DNA of 63,076 nucleotides, filler included, from Intoshia linei (lineage: Eukaryota > Animalia > Orthonectida), in the NCBI GenBank assembly GCA_001642005.1. It is 6 parts of 6 records of this genome, joined end to end, with 100 filler letters (N's around TTAATTAATTAA, not from the genome) between each part and the next. Parts side by side here need not be neighbours in the genome. Positions count along the whole stretch, not along the records: positions 1 to 27,205 come from LWCA01000441.1; 5 more parts are not named here. One strand, written 5' to 3'. Numbering within the stretch: the first letter of the stretch is position 1; every line of letters starts with the position of its first letter. The position numbers and the translations under genes were made by a program. Below, in pieces: positions 12,883 to 27,205 of this stretch. The notes beneath the pieces are model-generated. The model saw only the letters and a program-made list of their open reading frames with translations. It made no database searches and had not been told where the DNA came from.

Positions 12883-14622
12883 ATGGCGCAGGCTAGTGAC
12901 GATAATATTAATAAAATTTACTTAACCAGGAGACGGACTGCTAGTAGGAATTCATTTAATATATTTATTTTTTTAGTTAGCGCGGAAGGAATTGATCCTG
13001 AAAGTTTTGCCAATAATGATTTTGTAGTAATTTATTTATCTTATCATCTGCTTATATTTTAAGCTAATGTGAAAGGTATGTACTGCGTTCCAAGTTTTTA
13101 TGCAAACATTAATAATTTAACAAGTAGTCACTTAATTTTATTAATTTTTTTATCATATTTATATATTCAACTAATAATACTTTAACGTCCCAAAAAAAAT
13201 AAATACACGAAGATTTAAGAAAATTTTGTGATTTTTGGTGTGCCAAATTATTAAACAATAATTTATAATACGAATGAATAAAATTTTTTAAATATTTATT
13301 TAATACCGTCCAACCCTAAAGTGAAGAAAATACCCTAAAGTTGAATTTAAGTAGATACTCATACATTATTATTAAGTTAATAACAATTATAATTGTTTTA
13401 ATAATTATTAAACGTAAGTAAAACTCCATACGATATTCCCTAAATAAAAAACCTAGCCAGTTTATCATGAAAAAAATGACTATCAACGTCAACAAATTTT
13501 GGATACAATAAGGAACATATTGCTTTTCAAATGCTTGAATACGGTATATTTATTAACAATTGGATAAAATATTTTGTATGACCTTAGGATGAAAAAAAAA
13601 CAATAGTCAGTGCCATGTTTGAAAAAAAGGTACTATAAATTTACTTAATTACATTTAAAGGTAAATGCTGGTGATACAGTGATTGAACAGGGAGAGGCAG
13701 GAGATAATTTTTATGTTATTTACAGGTTATCTATTTATACGATTGTGTAATTTGATACATTCAGTGGTCGATACGAAGTATTAAAGAGCGAAAATAATGA
13801 TAAAATAGTTGTTGGGTCTTACGACAGTAAAGGATCGTTTGGAGAACTAGCCCTCATGTACAACAAACCCAGAGCAGCAACAATTGTCGCCAAAACCAAC
13901 GGTGTTTTGTTTGCATTGGTATTAAATATCTAATTTTTTTCATTTTGTTAGGATAGAATAACATTCAGAACAATTGTCTTAAAAAGTTGCTGGGAACGAT
14001 CTAAAAATTACCAGAAATTACTATCAAAAGTTACTTTTCTAAAACAACTAAACGTACTTTTTTGTAAATTAATTTACAATCTTGTAGGAAATTGAATTGA
14101 TGCAAATTTCGGATGCCCTTAGATCAGTTGAATTTAAACAAGGCGTAAAAATTAGGTATCAATTGTAATCGCATTTTAGAATGAAATAATTAAACAAGGA
14201 GAAAACGGAACATCAATGTTTTTTGTGGAATCTGGTCAAGTTGAAATTTATAGACTTTGCGTATTTTTTTATAATATTAAAATTTATTTTTTTAGGACGA
14301 AAAGGAATTACCATTAACAGTATGTGAAAAAAATGACTATTTTGGTAGCTATTTTTTCAATATTTAAGTTTATACATAATTTTAGGAGAATTAGCTTTAT
14401 TGACATCACAAGCGTAAATAATTAGTTGCATTAATGTACATTTAAATTAGAAGAGCTGCCAGTGCAAGAGCCAAAACAGATGTCGTGCTTGCAATCCTCG
14501 ATATAAAAGCATTTGAAAGATTAATGGGGCCTTGTAAAGATCTCATGAAGGAACGTATTTCCAATTACGAAAATGTAATTCGTGCTGCGACTGGAAATAA
14601 TAATTTCATTTTATCAAAATGA
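12883..14622 (+). CDS. PRKAR2: cAMP-dependent protein kinase regulatory subunit with RII-type cAMP domains, about 12 exons
   Basis: Spliced exons give [69 protein letters not shown] and [21 protein letters not shown]. Confidence 0.92.
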
Positions 14623-17195
14623 ACACATTGATTATCGGTATAAAAAATAAAAATTTGTTAACTTGTCAATAAAGTAATTATATCAAGTTATACATGTATG
14701 ATACATGATTAAGGCGATTTTTTTTAACCTATAAAAACAAAAAAATTTAACTCACAAATCAAATTTATTTAATTTTATTAATTTTTGCAAAAAAAATTCA
14801 CGTAGTGTTTTTTTCGTTAAATTTTCTTTATTTTTTTATAATAAATAATTATTTGTGTTTTTATTTAATTATTTCTATCTTGCGTCAATTATAAATTCGT
14901 GGAGTATACAGACGACTCGAAAACATTTAAAATTGGTAAAATTCTGTATTTTTAATCATCATTAATTATTTGTAAACAACATTATAATGGCTATAGAAAA
15001 AAATTTAAAAGGGCTATAGCTTCGAAAAGGTTTGGAAACCCTGGTGTAGTGTTATATTCAAGAATTTAATTTTCTCTATCTCTTAATCTGATCTATAAAA
15101 ATATATAGAATTTTAAGATATTAAAATTAATATTAAATTATATAAATTAAATTATTACATATTTTTTGAAATGGTGCATTTTTAATGTTGGAAAGTGTAA
15201 TATATTAAAAATTATTTTTCACCGGGAATATGTAGATTTCTGGGGTTGAAATGTTGTATTTATATCAACTGGAATAAGCTGTATTAGAAAAATTTTGTTT
15301 TTAAGTGTACGACCGTTAATTATTTAAAAAAAATTAATATTAATGTGCTTTTTTGACCGTGAAGACGTCACTTTATCAAACTGAAACAACTTTCTTAAAT
15401 AAACAGATATACATTTTTAATTATTTTGCTTTGTATAATAAGGATATACTAAATGTTAGCATTTTCCTAGATTCTATATTATATTATTCACACAAAATGT
15501 AAAAAAAAAGGTTCAATTCCGATTTTATCGAATACTAGAGACTTGACTATATATTCTATTCAATTTTGTTTTTTGTTATTTGTTTTTTTTTGAAAATTCA
15601 ATTCAATATAAAATAATTAAATTATTTAAACCTACCCAAATTTCTAAACAATACTACACAGTATTAACAAATTTGTAAATAAAAACTTAAACATATCACT
15701 AAATGAACTACAATGATATTTAAGTACAATACATAAATTAAAAAAAATGAATTTAGGTAGTATTGAATATTGAAAAATAAAAAGTGAAAAACAAAAAAAA
15801 CCACATTAAATATAATTAAAAGGTATTATATTAATGAGATCTTATTAATAATATCAACGTAAACTAAAAAAAATGAATTCATAAAACAATTAATAAAACA
15901 GCTTTATTTATAATATACATTAAAACCTTTCACAGTTTAAAAATGTAATTGTTTTTGACCTATTATAATAATTATAAAACTTTAAAATTAAAATGATTGT
16001 TAATATATTAAACTGTACGTTAAGTACAATCCAAATGTATCATTGTTTAAAAATTCAAATTGAGTAATCCTACTCTATGCAATCAACATGATTATTATTA
16101 ATGGATATACTTATCGATTGCCAATACATAAAAAATTGTAATTAATATATTATAATTATAGTACCACGTATGACATGTCATTAATATTATTTATTCAATC
16201 AAATCTGATTTATATTTGCATTATTATATATTCAGTTTAAAATTTTTACGGCATTTTTGAAAGTTTAAATGTTTCAAAATGATAGAAAATAGTAAACGTG
16301 ACTCATGAAATATATTGACGTCAGTATTGATTTGTTTTTACCATACGATTCCTTTTTATTGATATTCAAAAACAAATCATGTTGCATCAATTGTAGGTAA
16401 TATTTGGAAAATCTAGATAGGTACATTGTACCTGGTACATGTCCTTGTTTATTTATATTCTATAGTAACGAATAAGTCGCATAGATTGCAAAGTCATTAA
16501 TGTAATTGTTAAATTTTAAATTAATTTTTTTACTAATCTCATGGTACCACTTTGGTTTAGTTTGTAAGTCATTAATATTAGTAAACATGTTAACAAGTCA
16601 TACATTGTAATAATTTAAAGTATCATTTTGATGTTTCGAGATTTTAATAAAAATTACAATCAATTATTTGAAAAAATAAAAAATGAGAAAAGATATGAAT
16701 ATACACTATCAATTATAAATAATATTATTATTAATGTTCCAAACACGTGCACCCTAAAAAAAATGGGGAACTGTACAAAACTTGCAATAAAAATTGTTTA
16801 TAGTATTACATTGTATTAATGAGTAATCAGATATAGAAATGAACATTTGTCATTGTATCCATTGTCATATAAAATTAAGTGATAAATTAAAAAATTTATT
16901 AATAGGTAAATTGTATAAAGCTTACATTGCATAAATAGTGGAAATAATGCGTTTTGTTTATAGTAGCACAATACAATTGTACAATTAGTTTTAGTTTTAG
17001 CTTAAATTGCCATAAAATTACATAATTGAAAAAATAAATAAATGTTGTGTACCAAAAAGTTAAAGAGTATTCCTATAAGTATAGTTTCTCATAATTACCC
17101 GTGGTTAATACCTATAAGAATTGCAGACAATTCCTGGTTAAATTTTTTATTTAAATTAAAATTAATTTGGTTATATGTAAAAGTTTAGCAACACA

Positions 17196-19007
17196 TTGAC
17201 AAATTATAATCTGCATAATAACACCCGCAAAAAATTAGGAAATTTTAAAAAAATTGAAACGCACCAAAATGTAAATCAAAGAAAGATGAATGATATTTGG
17301 AAACAATTGGATGAAAAGTGTGTAAATTTCTGTGAAATCAAGCAAAGCATTACAAACAAAATTGCTCAAACGTACGGCAGAAAATATGCGTCAGAATTTG
17401 TTGCACCTAGTGAACGGAAACAAAATAATAACTTTAAATGTAAAAGATCAAACACTGAAATTTGCGAAAAATTGATAAATCAAAAATATAAACAACTCAA
17501 AAATAACGACACGAACAAAAATATTTTTAAATCAAATTTCAGTTCCAGTATCAATTCAACTTGTGAATATATCAATTTATCTTTTCTCAAAAAAAGAAAA
17601 ATTGTTTCAACGTATAATAGTTTAATAAACAAATATAACAATCACAACTACAATAACCATATTCAAGTTTTTCCGAGTCCAGATTTTAATTCGAACATTC
17701 TTTCGAAGGGTAAACTTAATTTTTTATTTGTATTTATAAATTGAAAATAAAATTCAAGTAAACTATACTTAGTACAGTGAAATCAATAAGAGTATCGATA
17801 AATTATAAAATGTAAATTGTCGAAATTCACAAAGATAAGCACCATTTAATGGGATATTTCAAAAATTGGAAAACCATTGTTCTCAAACACTCTTACTTGA
17901 TTGAAATGACTGATTTTACTATAAATAACCAATTTGTACGATTTATTACCACTGAAAAGCCTAATTATTTTAAATCGCTAATTTTAAATTTTATAAGTAG
18001 GAAAATTTATATATGAAAATGACTTGTCTTGTTCGTTTATATTTGTTCAAGGCGTTAAATTTAACAATAAAATTCTTTACTTATTTATTATCAATTTATT
18101 CTAATAATATTAAAATTCTTCTAGATCCAAATAGCACCATAAACAACTATGAAAGCAACATGAATGAACCAAACGAAGATGATTCAGATAAAAATAGTAC
18201 ATTATATTTATTAATACATAAGTTTGAAGGGTAACATATTTTGAATTATTTAAATAGTTATTTTTTCAATGTACATTGATTTATCATGTCAAAAAACAAA
18301 TAAAAAATAAAAACTAATCCTTAGCATTGAAAGATTTTAACGATACAAAAAAATTAAATTTACAAAAAGATTATTATAATGAAACAATTAATGTAATGTT
18401 TAATTTTTTTGTTGATGTCGGTTAGTGATCACTACCATACAACAAAGGCCTAATCTAACCCGTCGTTGAATTTTATCGGTCCAAGATTTTTTTAAAAGTA
18501 TATTTAATTTCATTTTTTAATTAAACGTATGTTATAATCACATTTATTCCATGTTAATGACACAAATTATCTTATAATCAACGTCTACGTCATATCATTT
18601 TATATAAATCAGTGGCTGACATAACATATAAAAAAAATTTAAATATCAAAATTATTTTAGACAAACTGCTGCAATTAAAAACGGAGAGAGAAAAATTACC
18701 AAAAATGATTAAATTATCAAACAATGTAAATAATCGAGAATCATCTAGTAAAATTTCTACATTACCCAAAATAAACCAAACATACACTAATGAAAAAATT
18801 AATTTACCGACAAATGCAAATTCAAAGTCATTAAAATTTGAAAAATTCAAAAATAATTCAAAAAAAACTGTAATTATCAAATCTTACAAATATTCCGACC
18901 CATTTTATAAAATTCCTAAAGAAATCCAACAAAGAGTCAATCATATATCTCAATTAGAATTTGATACTATTCGATACGAAAAATTAAAAAAAAAGAAAAA
19001 ATATTAA
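17196..19007 (+). CDS. Hypothetical multi-exon Lys/Asn-rich protein with a C8orf89-like C-terminal motif; exon structure uncertain
   Basis: ORFs at 17196-17744 and 18612-19007. The last ends YSDPFYKIPKEIQQRVNHISQLEFDTIRYEKLKKKK, resembling from memory the C8orf89 motif FSDPL..AP..YL.RL..I..LEYDTIRQE. Confidence 0.45.
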
Positions 19008-19389
19008 TTTTTTTATTGTAATTAAAAAATCAAAATTTTACATATGTTAAATTTCAATATTTCAAAATTGTAAATTGGGTTTGGCAATTCATTTATTTGT
19101 AAATGTTGAAAAATTTAATCAAAAATATTATTTTGATTGATTTAAAAAAATTAAATATAATTTTAATCTTGATTTAAGTACAGCATGAAATGTGATATTT
19201 TTTATATATTTTCCACACCTTCACACTTGAAAGTTTAAAATGTAAATATGTACTATTTTATTTCAATTAAAAAATCTTTTACTTAATTTCTTCTATTGAT
19301 TAAAAAAATATAAACAACTGTTAATTTATTACAATGGCTGTCATGTGAATGGACACGTAATAAAAACTTTGTTGAAGAAAAAAATAGAA

Positions 19390-20183
19390 ATGAATGTGTA
19401 TATTCCAATTTTGATTTTGAATCTTTTATACTTAAAAATTTTTTGTATAAAATTTGACATTGAATCCGGTAAAGAGAGATGCATTGGCGATGAAGTGAAT
19501 AAAGATATATTAGTAAAGGGTCAATACAAAGTGTCTTCACAGCCTGGTGGTCAATTACATGTTTCGGTATTTTTTAAATACAATTTATAAATCAAAATTA
19601 ATATTGATTTTTTACCCAATTGTATTTTTAAATTGTAGATATACGATAGTAAACATTCTACTTTATATTCTCAAAAAAATAAAGATAATGGTGAATTTTC
19701 CTTTTCCACTGATGATTTTGACATTTTTAAAGTCTGCTTTAAATCCTTTTCAGGTAATTAATTATCATTTAAAAATAATTTATTCTAGGAACTCTACAAA
19801 AGCGAACTGTTTTTTTGGACATTAAATTTGGCTCTGAAGCTAAAGACTACAAAGAAGTACATTTTATTCTTGATAAAATTATTATTTATTATTTGTAGAT
19901 GGCCGAATTGGAAAAATTGAAACCATTAGATGTGAAATTGAAAATGGTTCAAGACTTATCCAAAGAAATTGTCAAAAACTTTGACGAATTAGCTGTACAA
20001 GAAAGAAAAATGAACCAAACAAACGGTGTGTATTGGATTTTATTTTTTTACATTTTTTTAGAATCCACTCATTCAAGAATTCTTTATTTAAGCATATTTT
20101 CAATTGTATGTGTTATTGGATTAGCTGTATGGCAAGCAATGTACCTTAAAAAATATTTTCGTACAAGAAAATTGATAGACTAA
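19390..20183 (+). CDS. TMED10: p24-delta cargo receptor (TMP21), 5 exons
   Basis: Signal peptide; GOLD domain (ERCIGDEVNKDILVKGQY, GEFSFSTDDFDIFKVCF); EAKDYKEMAELEKLKPL; TNESTHSRILYLSIFS; TM helix; RKLID tail. Confidence 0.93.
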
Positions 20184-20489
20184 CTTTTTTTATCTGAACG
20201 GATCTACCTCAAAACATTTAATATATAAGTAAATCGTTGATCATTTTTTTAAAATTTAGCTAAATTATCACATTTATCGACTCAAAATAGTTAATGTTTT
20301 TTTAAAAAATATATCGAATGTGCTATACGAAAATTTGAATTGACGTAAAATACCATTTCAATTTTATCATGTTTTATTGATTTATCAATTTCCGTCACTA
20401 CAATCAAATTATTTTAATTTTTCAAACATGGAAAAAGTAATTTTTATTTTATAATTTTTGATGCAATGTGTTTAATTATAAGCTAATAC

Positions 20490-23400
20490 ATTTATCCAAG
20501 TGTATGTATAGATTGAAAGAGTAAATTTTCTTCCATTTCCATAATTTTTGATTTTTTTTGGGCATCATTCTAAATACTTTACATAATTATTTTGTTAATA
20601 TTGTATTGGCGCCATTTTAATATTTTGTATACAGGTAATATTTTTAATATTTACAAGTAACATTCATTTGGTTAGGCCATAGGTTTAAAACTGGTAAATC
20701 TATTATCTAATTAAATTAAATTGTTAACACATTGTAGAAGTAAATTTGAATATATTCTGGGGTATGAACCGTAACTAAACCAGTAATTTTATTGTTTATA
20801 AACATTTTGTGTTTGCTTGAATGAAATTTTGATTTCGTTTGAAATATTTTATAATATAATTATTTTGTAAATCATTGTTTAAAAAACTGACAATTTCTAA
20901 TGAACCCCACTTCGAAAAACACTCGAATACTGCATTAAATATTAAAAACATTATTCTCTCTATAACTCGCCATTCTTGGGATTCTGAAAAAGTTTGCGAG
21001 ATAAAGAATTTATAACTAGATTAATTTTTGTTTTTATCGCAAATTTCATTAACATTGAGTCTTTCAGGGTCAAAAACCATAATTACCCATTTTTGTTAAA
21101 TAAAATGAGTCCTAGAATTTCAAAAATCATAAATTCTGGGACGCATAAAAAATCATTAATATTGTCGTAAAGCACAACCTTAGAAAGTTACAACTTCACA
21201 CTCAAAACCTTGTTATAAATTATAAGCCTTATAACTTATAACACAATTGAATGTAATTTGTAATTTACAATGCTTTAATTCGGTCCGCTATTTCTTAGAT
21301 TTAATTATTTAAACATTTTAATTAACATCACGTAGAAAAAACCTTCCTTGGAATTTTTTTAAAAAAATTCTAAAACTTAATTTTGTATCTTTTATACAAA
21401 CACATGTTCAAAGTTACATAGATAATGGTAAAAAAATGAGATTAGGGCTTGCGTGAAACAAAAAAGTTTAAGAACCACTTATTTAGAATAATGGATTAAT
21501 TGTTTATAATAACCCGATATTTAAAAATTACCATTTCAGGATTACTTTTATTTTGAAGTAAATTATTAAGCTAAAAATAAATTATAAACTGTAAATCTAA
21601 CGAATTACGTTAATTAAGCATTGGTTAACTCGTTCGGATTTGTAATATATTAGAAATTTTTTGATAACAAATTGAAAATTTGCAATTAAAAATTTATCCC
21701 TCGGCATAATAAAAATATCAATAAGTTTTGGTAACAACTTGATTAATTCGTAATGAACAGCTACGCGTGTATCTTCAAGCATTTGAAGACATGTCGGGAA
21801 AATGTATTGTTTAAAAAAATGTAGAGAAAACTGATTCAGACATATATCTGCAAATGTAATAAAAATTTTTGCATAATGAATGCTTTTTTTGAAGGCAAAT
21901 TCTGCAAAATTAATTAATACACATTTAAGTTTATAAAAATATCAAATACTATTTATAAGGCATTGTATTATATCAAATCTAATTCGGTTTCTTAAATTTC
22001 CATAGCGTACCAATCTCCAGAATGATATTATTAAAGCTTCAATTAAAGGCATTTCACGCTAAAATAAAAATTAACTTTTTTTTAATATACTTCAAACGGA
22101 AGTTTCAATTTTTTTTAAAATGTAGATGAAAAGGTATTTATTAATGGTATTGCTATCAAAATATCTGTAAAAGAATCCAATAGATTTATATATCTTAATT
22201 TGTAATCTCCAGGGTATCATTTGAGAATCTTTACTTTTGGGTTTATGTATTAGAGAATTTAACAAATCAATCATGATGTTTTCTATTACCAGTTGGTTGT
22301 TCTATTTTTTTATATATCATAAAGTATTATTATGTTTAGTAAACATTGTTTACAAACCTTTCTGGATAAATGTTTATAAAAGGTACAAAATATATCATCA
22401 ATGGAATCGACAAAAGCATATTTTACAATCTGAAATGTTTATATACATTTGTAATTTTATTCGAAATAAATTTACCGAATGAGAAAGTAGAGAGCATACA
22501 ATTTCTTTAAGACTTAAGCATTCCTCTCCTAAACTTTGAATAATCTAGGATAATTATATAGGATATTATATGTATTATTGAAATCAATTATTACCAGATG
22601 CATATTTCTTGCCAATTCATATTTTACTCTGATATTAGGATCTTTGTATACAAAAATAATCATGTCTAAATAATTTTCAACAAATTGTTTTGGTCCAATA
22701 CTTCGAATAATTGCCTAGAATTTTCATTAAAACTAGAAAAACCAAAATCACATCCAATGCGAATGGCACATGAAGTCGAATTAAATCGACATTTTCACCA
22801 ACATCGTAGAAAAGAGATATAGACTAAAATATCAATAAACGATTGATATAATTGTATAATGTACATATTTTCTCCCGTCTTTTTCCATATAATTCGATGA
22901 ACCCAATTTTATCATGTTCATGTAACCCAGTGCCATATCTTCCAATTCTTCTATTGACAATATGTCTAGAAATTTAGAAATTTAATCGCATTGCATTAAA
23001 AAACCTTTAAATCCTTCGAAAAACCAACCAATGTACTTTATTATAGGTATATACAAATCGCTGTTTCTTTGATTCAATATTATTTTTAATTCTGGCCACA
23101 AGGTATCACGTTTATATGCTAAAAAAAGTTTTTTAAGTTTTAAATTATTAAGTGTTAATACATTCTGGCAATGCATGGCATATCGCTGCTATGGATTCTA
23201 ACGCTCCAGATTTTACCTGAAATTTAATATTAATAATTAAATTAAACTAACCATAACGGTGTCGTCGTTAATTAGATGATTTATTAATTCTGGCAGAATT
23301 AATGTACAGGTATTTTCAACACTAGGAATAGAGTTTTAAATATACCCGCTAATTCCTGGTTTTTTAATTTTTTTAATTGGAATATGAAATTTATCAAGTA

Positions 23401-24757
23401 TGAATACCATTCTTTAAATAGTCTATTAAAAAACAACCCATCTTGGAAAAACATTAATTATATTTTAATGTAATATTTTAATCAAAAAAGGCCGTTAAAA
23501 AACAAAACGAAAAATTAGCTTGTAGAATAAATATAACACCAACCCAACGTAACCAGCAATATTCATCATTTCATATGACATGTAAGCACGAACTTCTCGC
23601 ACAATATCTTGACACAATGAGCGCACGGGTTTCATAATTTTATTAATCATTCTAAAAATGAAAAATGAAATTTCGTAATAGTGTGAAAATACGTGTAATT
23701 TGGTACATTTTTTTGAATACAAAGGGGTAAAATACGACATGAAATCATTCTATAATGAATTGGTTCATTTAAATGATTTTCCAGTAAAAATAATGGCAAC
23801 ATCTAGATATCATGTATAAAATGTACGTTTATAAAAATATTAAATATTACAGATTCGTTAACTTGAGTTACAGATGCATACTTGATAATAATGATAATGA
23901 CATTCATCCAAATGCCACAATAATCTATTTAAACTAATATATCTACAAATTTTACAATTCTGTAACTCTCCAATCCTTATTGATAATTTTCTGTGGATAG
24001 ATTGAAAAAAAGGTAACCAGGGTATGAAAAATTTTAATCAGAAAATAGAAAACATTTGAAAATAATAATTTTTAATTATTTTAGTTTAAAGTGGACAAAC
24101 TAATATAATCTATAATCCACCAAATTTTTCAAAAAAATTTAATATTTATCATTTTTTAAATGTCATTTGTTTTAGATACATTTTATATGCACAATATTAT
24201 ACTAATACTGCTAATGGTTGGGTTTACTGTTTTATGAGTCCTATTTAGAACTATCGTAAACCCAGGTTATACATTCTGACTCACAAAATGTCAATAAAAT
24301 GAACACAATATATCATACCATTATCTGATTTTAATGACAAAATATCTTGAGAAATTGTTTTTATAAAAATTTTTACAGCAAGAGCTTTGTCGATTGATTC
24401 GATGCAAAATATACTTAAAATTGATTGTATGTAAATTGTATTTGTTTCAATGTCATCTTTCTTGTAATTCTAGTTTTTTATTAAATTTACGTTACATGAC
24501 ATTTTTATAATAAATGCCTACATTAATATCAGACGAAAGTTCAGTATCGAATCTTTCTGGGTTTAATTTGAAATACTCTGGTATCCTGTAATAAAAAAAT
24601 TAACTAATGTTAAATGTAAAAAAAATTACGTACCTGTATATTACAGACTCTTTCTGTTTATAATGCCCCAATCTAAAATGAATGAAGATTCACTATATAA
24701 TTATATATATTTAAATTACAGTATTCTCTTTAGTTCACTAATGTTGGAACCTGACAT
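20490..24757 (-). CDS. PPP4R4: PP4 regulatory subunit 4-like HEAT-repeat protein with many short exons; both ends approximate
   Basis: Exons read YRMISCRIL, MKPVRSLCQDIVREVRAYM, TLWPELK, PWRLQIKIYK and MLEDTRVAVHYELIKLLPKL, matching PPP4R4 motifs (SLCQDVEYEVR, WRVHEKLL). Confidence 0.72.
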
Positions 24758-25316
24758 AATTTTAGCATTCTACTTATTTCGTGGAGAATTTTGCGAAATA
24801 GAAAAATGGTAACTATGAGAATCACGTATAATACTATTATTTGTATACCTTGTTTTCTCTGTTCAGAACCGAAACTACGGTACGGAGTCCCTCTTCGGTC
24901 TCGACGAAATTTTTATAAAACTGGGCTTCATTTTTCCAAATAGAGCATTTCAAAAATAATATATTTTTGAATGTCACATTTAAACTATTCAGACCCTTGA
25001 AAAATATAAAAAATACATTAAAAGTATTTTTCTAATTAGTATAAACTTATAAATTAGATATTCTACTGTATAAAAAAAGTTATTTTTTAGAAATAAATTG
25101 ATATGTTGTCTATTTTTTGTTTAAAGTTTTTTCTTTCGAATACAAGCAGAAACTGCTTATATTGAAATTTTATTTAGTTAAAAATTTCACTAAAAATTTG
25201 TATTTCAGGGGTCTGCTTATAATTGAGAAAAGACAGTAGTAATATTTATTTTTGAACCTGCCTCTTTGAACCCGTTAATAAAATTAACTTTTATAAAAAT
25301 TCATGACAATGTAGAG

Positions 25317-25628
25317 CAGGAATTCCCAAAGTGGGCGATTAATTCAGTTAAGGCGGCGATTATAAAAACACTGTATACCCAAAAAACGATTTTAGATGGA
25401 TAGAGTGGAGCGTTGATGGATTTTTGGTTGTAAGGGGATATTTTTATAACAAGGTTGGGATCCAATGATATAAAAAGTGACAGTAATAAATATATTTTTT
25501 TTAATTATTAAATAATGAGTAACTTTTTAAATATATATACGACGTAGTCGAAAATTTTTTTAGGGGGGCGTTGAGAAAATATATTGCTAAAAAGGGGGCG
25601 GTAGGCAAAATGAGTTTGGGAACCCCTG
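25317..25628. mobile_element. hAT (Buster-type) MITE
   Basis: TIR CAGGAATTCCCAAA / TTTGGGAACCCCTG; degenerate 8-bp TSD atgtagag/acttagac; second partial copy at 213-428. Confidence 0.8.
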
Positions 25629-26349
25629 ACTTAGACTATTATATTATTTAAAAGATATTGGGAAAAGCGGTTTTTTCCTTAAGTGTTTGTAAAATGATGT
25701 TTTTGCTTTTGGGATCAGATAGAGTGATTTTTGATCTAAAACTTTGGTAAAATGGGATTTTTTCCTCATAAGATTTTGTTAATTTTTTGTTACTGCTAGA
25801 TATTATTGTAGATTTGTAAATTGAATAAAATATGCTAAAAATTTATTATTTATTATTCATCATTTAAAATTTTTGTATTCACCCTTTGGGGTAACTAATC
25901 ATACATGAGAAGCACTACTTTATTTGATTAAATTTTATTTAGAAATGTACGGCCTTATTAATTTTTGGGGATATTATTGCGGCCTTCGAACAGTAAATGC
26001 CTTCCATCTCTGATTAAGGGGTTTGAATATGAAGACTTAAGTTATAAAAAAATAAAATTGATTTTTTACCGCGAAGAGCTCAATTTCGGAAAATAAAATT
26101 ATCGATGATGCATCACCCTTGAAAAGTTATATTAGCAAGTGAGTTTTTTAAATAAACGGTAACACATTAAATGTTATGAATATTGGATGTAATGTATATT
26201 TTTTGGGTCCACAGCGAAAAAGGGTTGAGAATATCTGATCTAAACGTTGAGAACAATGTGAAAATGTTTTAATAGTGCACAAATACACACAAATTTTTTT
26301 TATATAATTTATTTATGATCCGCCAGGGAAGAAGGAACCTTACTGTAAA

Positions 26350-26667
26350 AATAATAATGGAAGTGTAGGTTGGGTCTTTTAGATAATTTATATTTTTATT
26401 TATTTTAATTTTTAGCTCTTTTGTACAGCGCCTTTGGCGTTATAATAGCTAAAGCTAGAGGAAATGATGATGAATTAAACACAATTGCAGCAGCATCATT
26501 AACGGGAATTGTTTTCAAAAGTTCAAGTTTGAAATGTGAAATTTAATGAATACATTAAAATAGGTGGAATGAAGACATGTTTGAAGGGTGGTTTAGCTGG
26601 TCTACTTTTATCGAGTGTCTTATGTGTTTACAGCAGTAGAGATCGATTAAAACAACTAATTCATTAA
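26350..26667 (+). pseudogene. TIMM23: TIM23 mitochondrial translocase, 3' half only (fragment, or gene with unseen 5' exons)
   Basis: Spliced GSV|ALLYSAFGVIIAKARGNDDELNTIAAASLTGIVFKSS|GGMKTCLKGGLAG...RDRLKQLIH*; no N-terminal TIM23 exons recognisable upstream. Confidence 0.75.
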
Positions 26668-27153
26668 ATTAATATCATTAGTTTTGTACATAAATATTTT
26701 ATTCTATATTTTAAATTCAATAAATTTAAGCCTCCGCATTTGTATTGAAATTTTTGCATAAAGTCCTTATTTGAGTCTGATCAATTTCTCAATTTGTATC
26801 TAATAACTACTTTGACTGAATTAGATTAACAAACGCAAATCAAGAAATTGGACTATTCTTTCATATTTTTGTTTGTCGTAATTGAATTTGTTTAGAAATT
26901 GTTGCAAAGAGGTAAAATTATTTTTTAAATACGTTAGGATCTAATTTCATTTTTACAAATTATTTTCAATAAAACTACATTGTATTTGTACATTCTGTAT
27001 ATATAAGTAAAATTTTTCATTTCACAAAAAATTGAAATGTGTAGTATCCAATTACTTGTATAAATACCATTAATGGATTAACTAATCATTATCTGGACTA
27101 TCTATATGTTATTTAACCCACTAAATATTCGCTTTTGAGTATATAAGGTGTCA

Positions 27154-27205
27154 TTAACCCATATACTCCCAGTGTGACCATATGGTCACACAACATTACA
27201 TTTAT
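27154..27205 (+). mobile_element. piggyBac-like terminus running into the gap
   Basis: TTAA followed by CCCATATACTCCC and a perfect 20-bp palindrome GTGTGACCATATGGTCACAC (27172-27191). Confidence 0.55.

Noticed and set aside
13063-13074. Possible 12-nt poison micro-exon in the PKA-R intron
   Set aside because: AG...GT flanks this short arise easily by chance; no support without transcripts.
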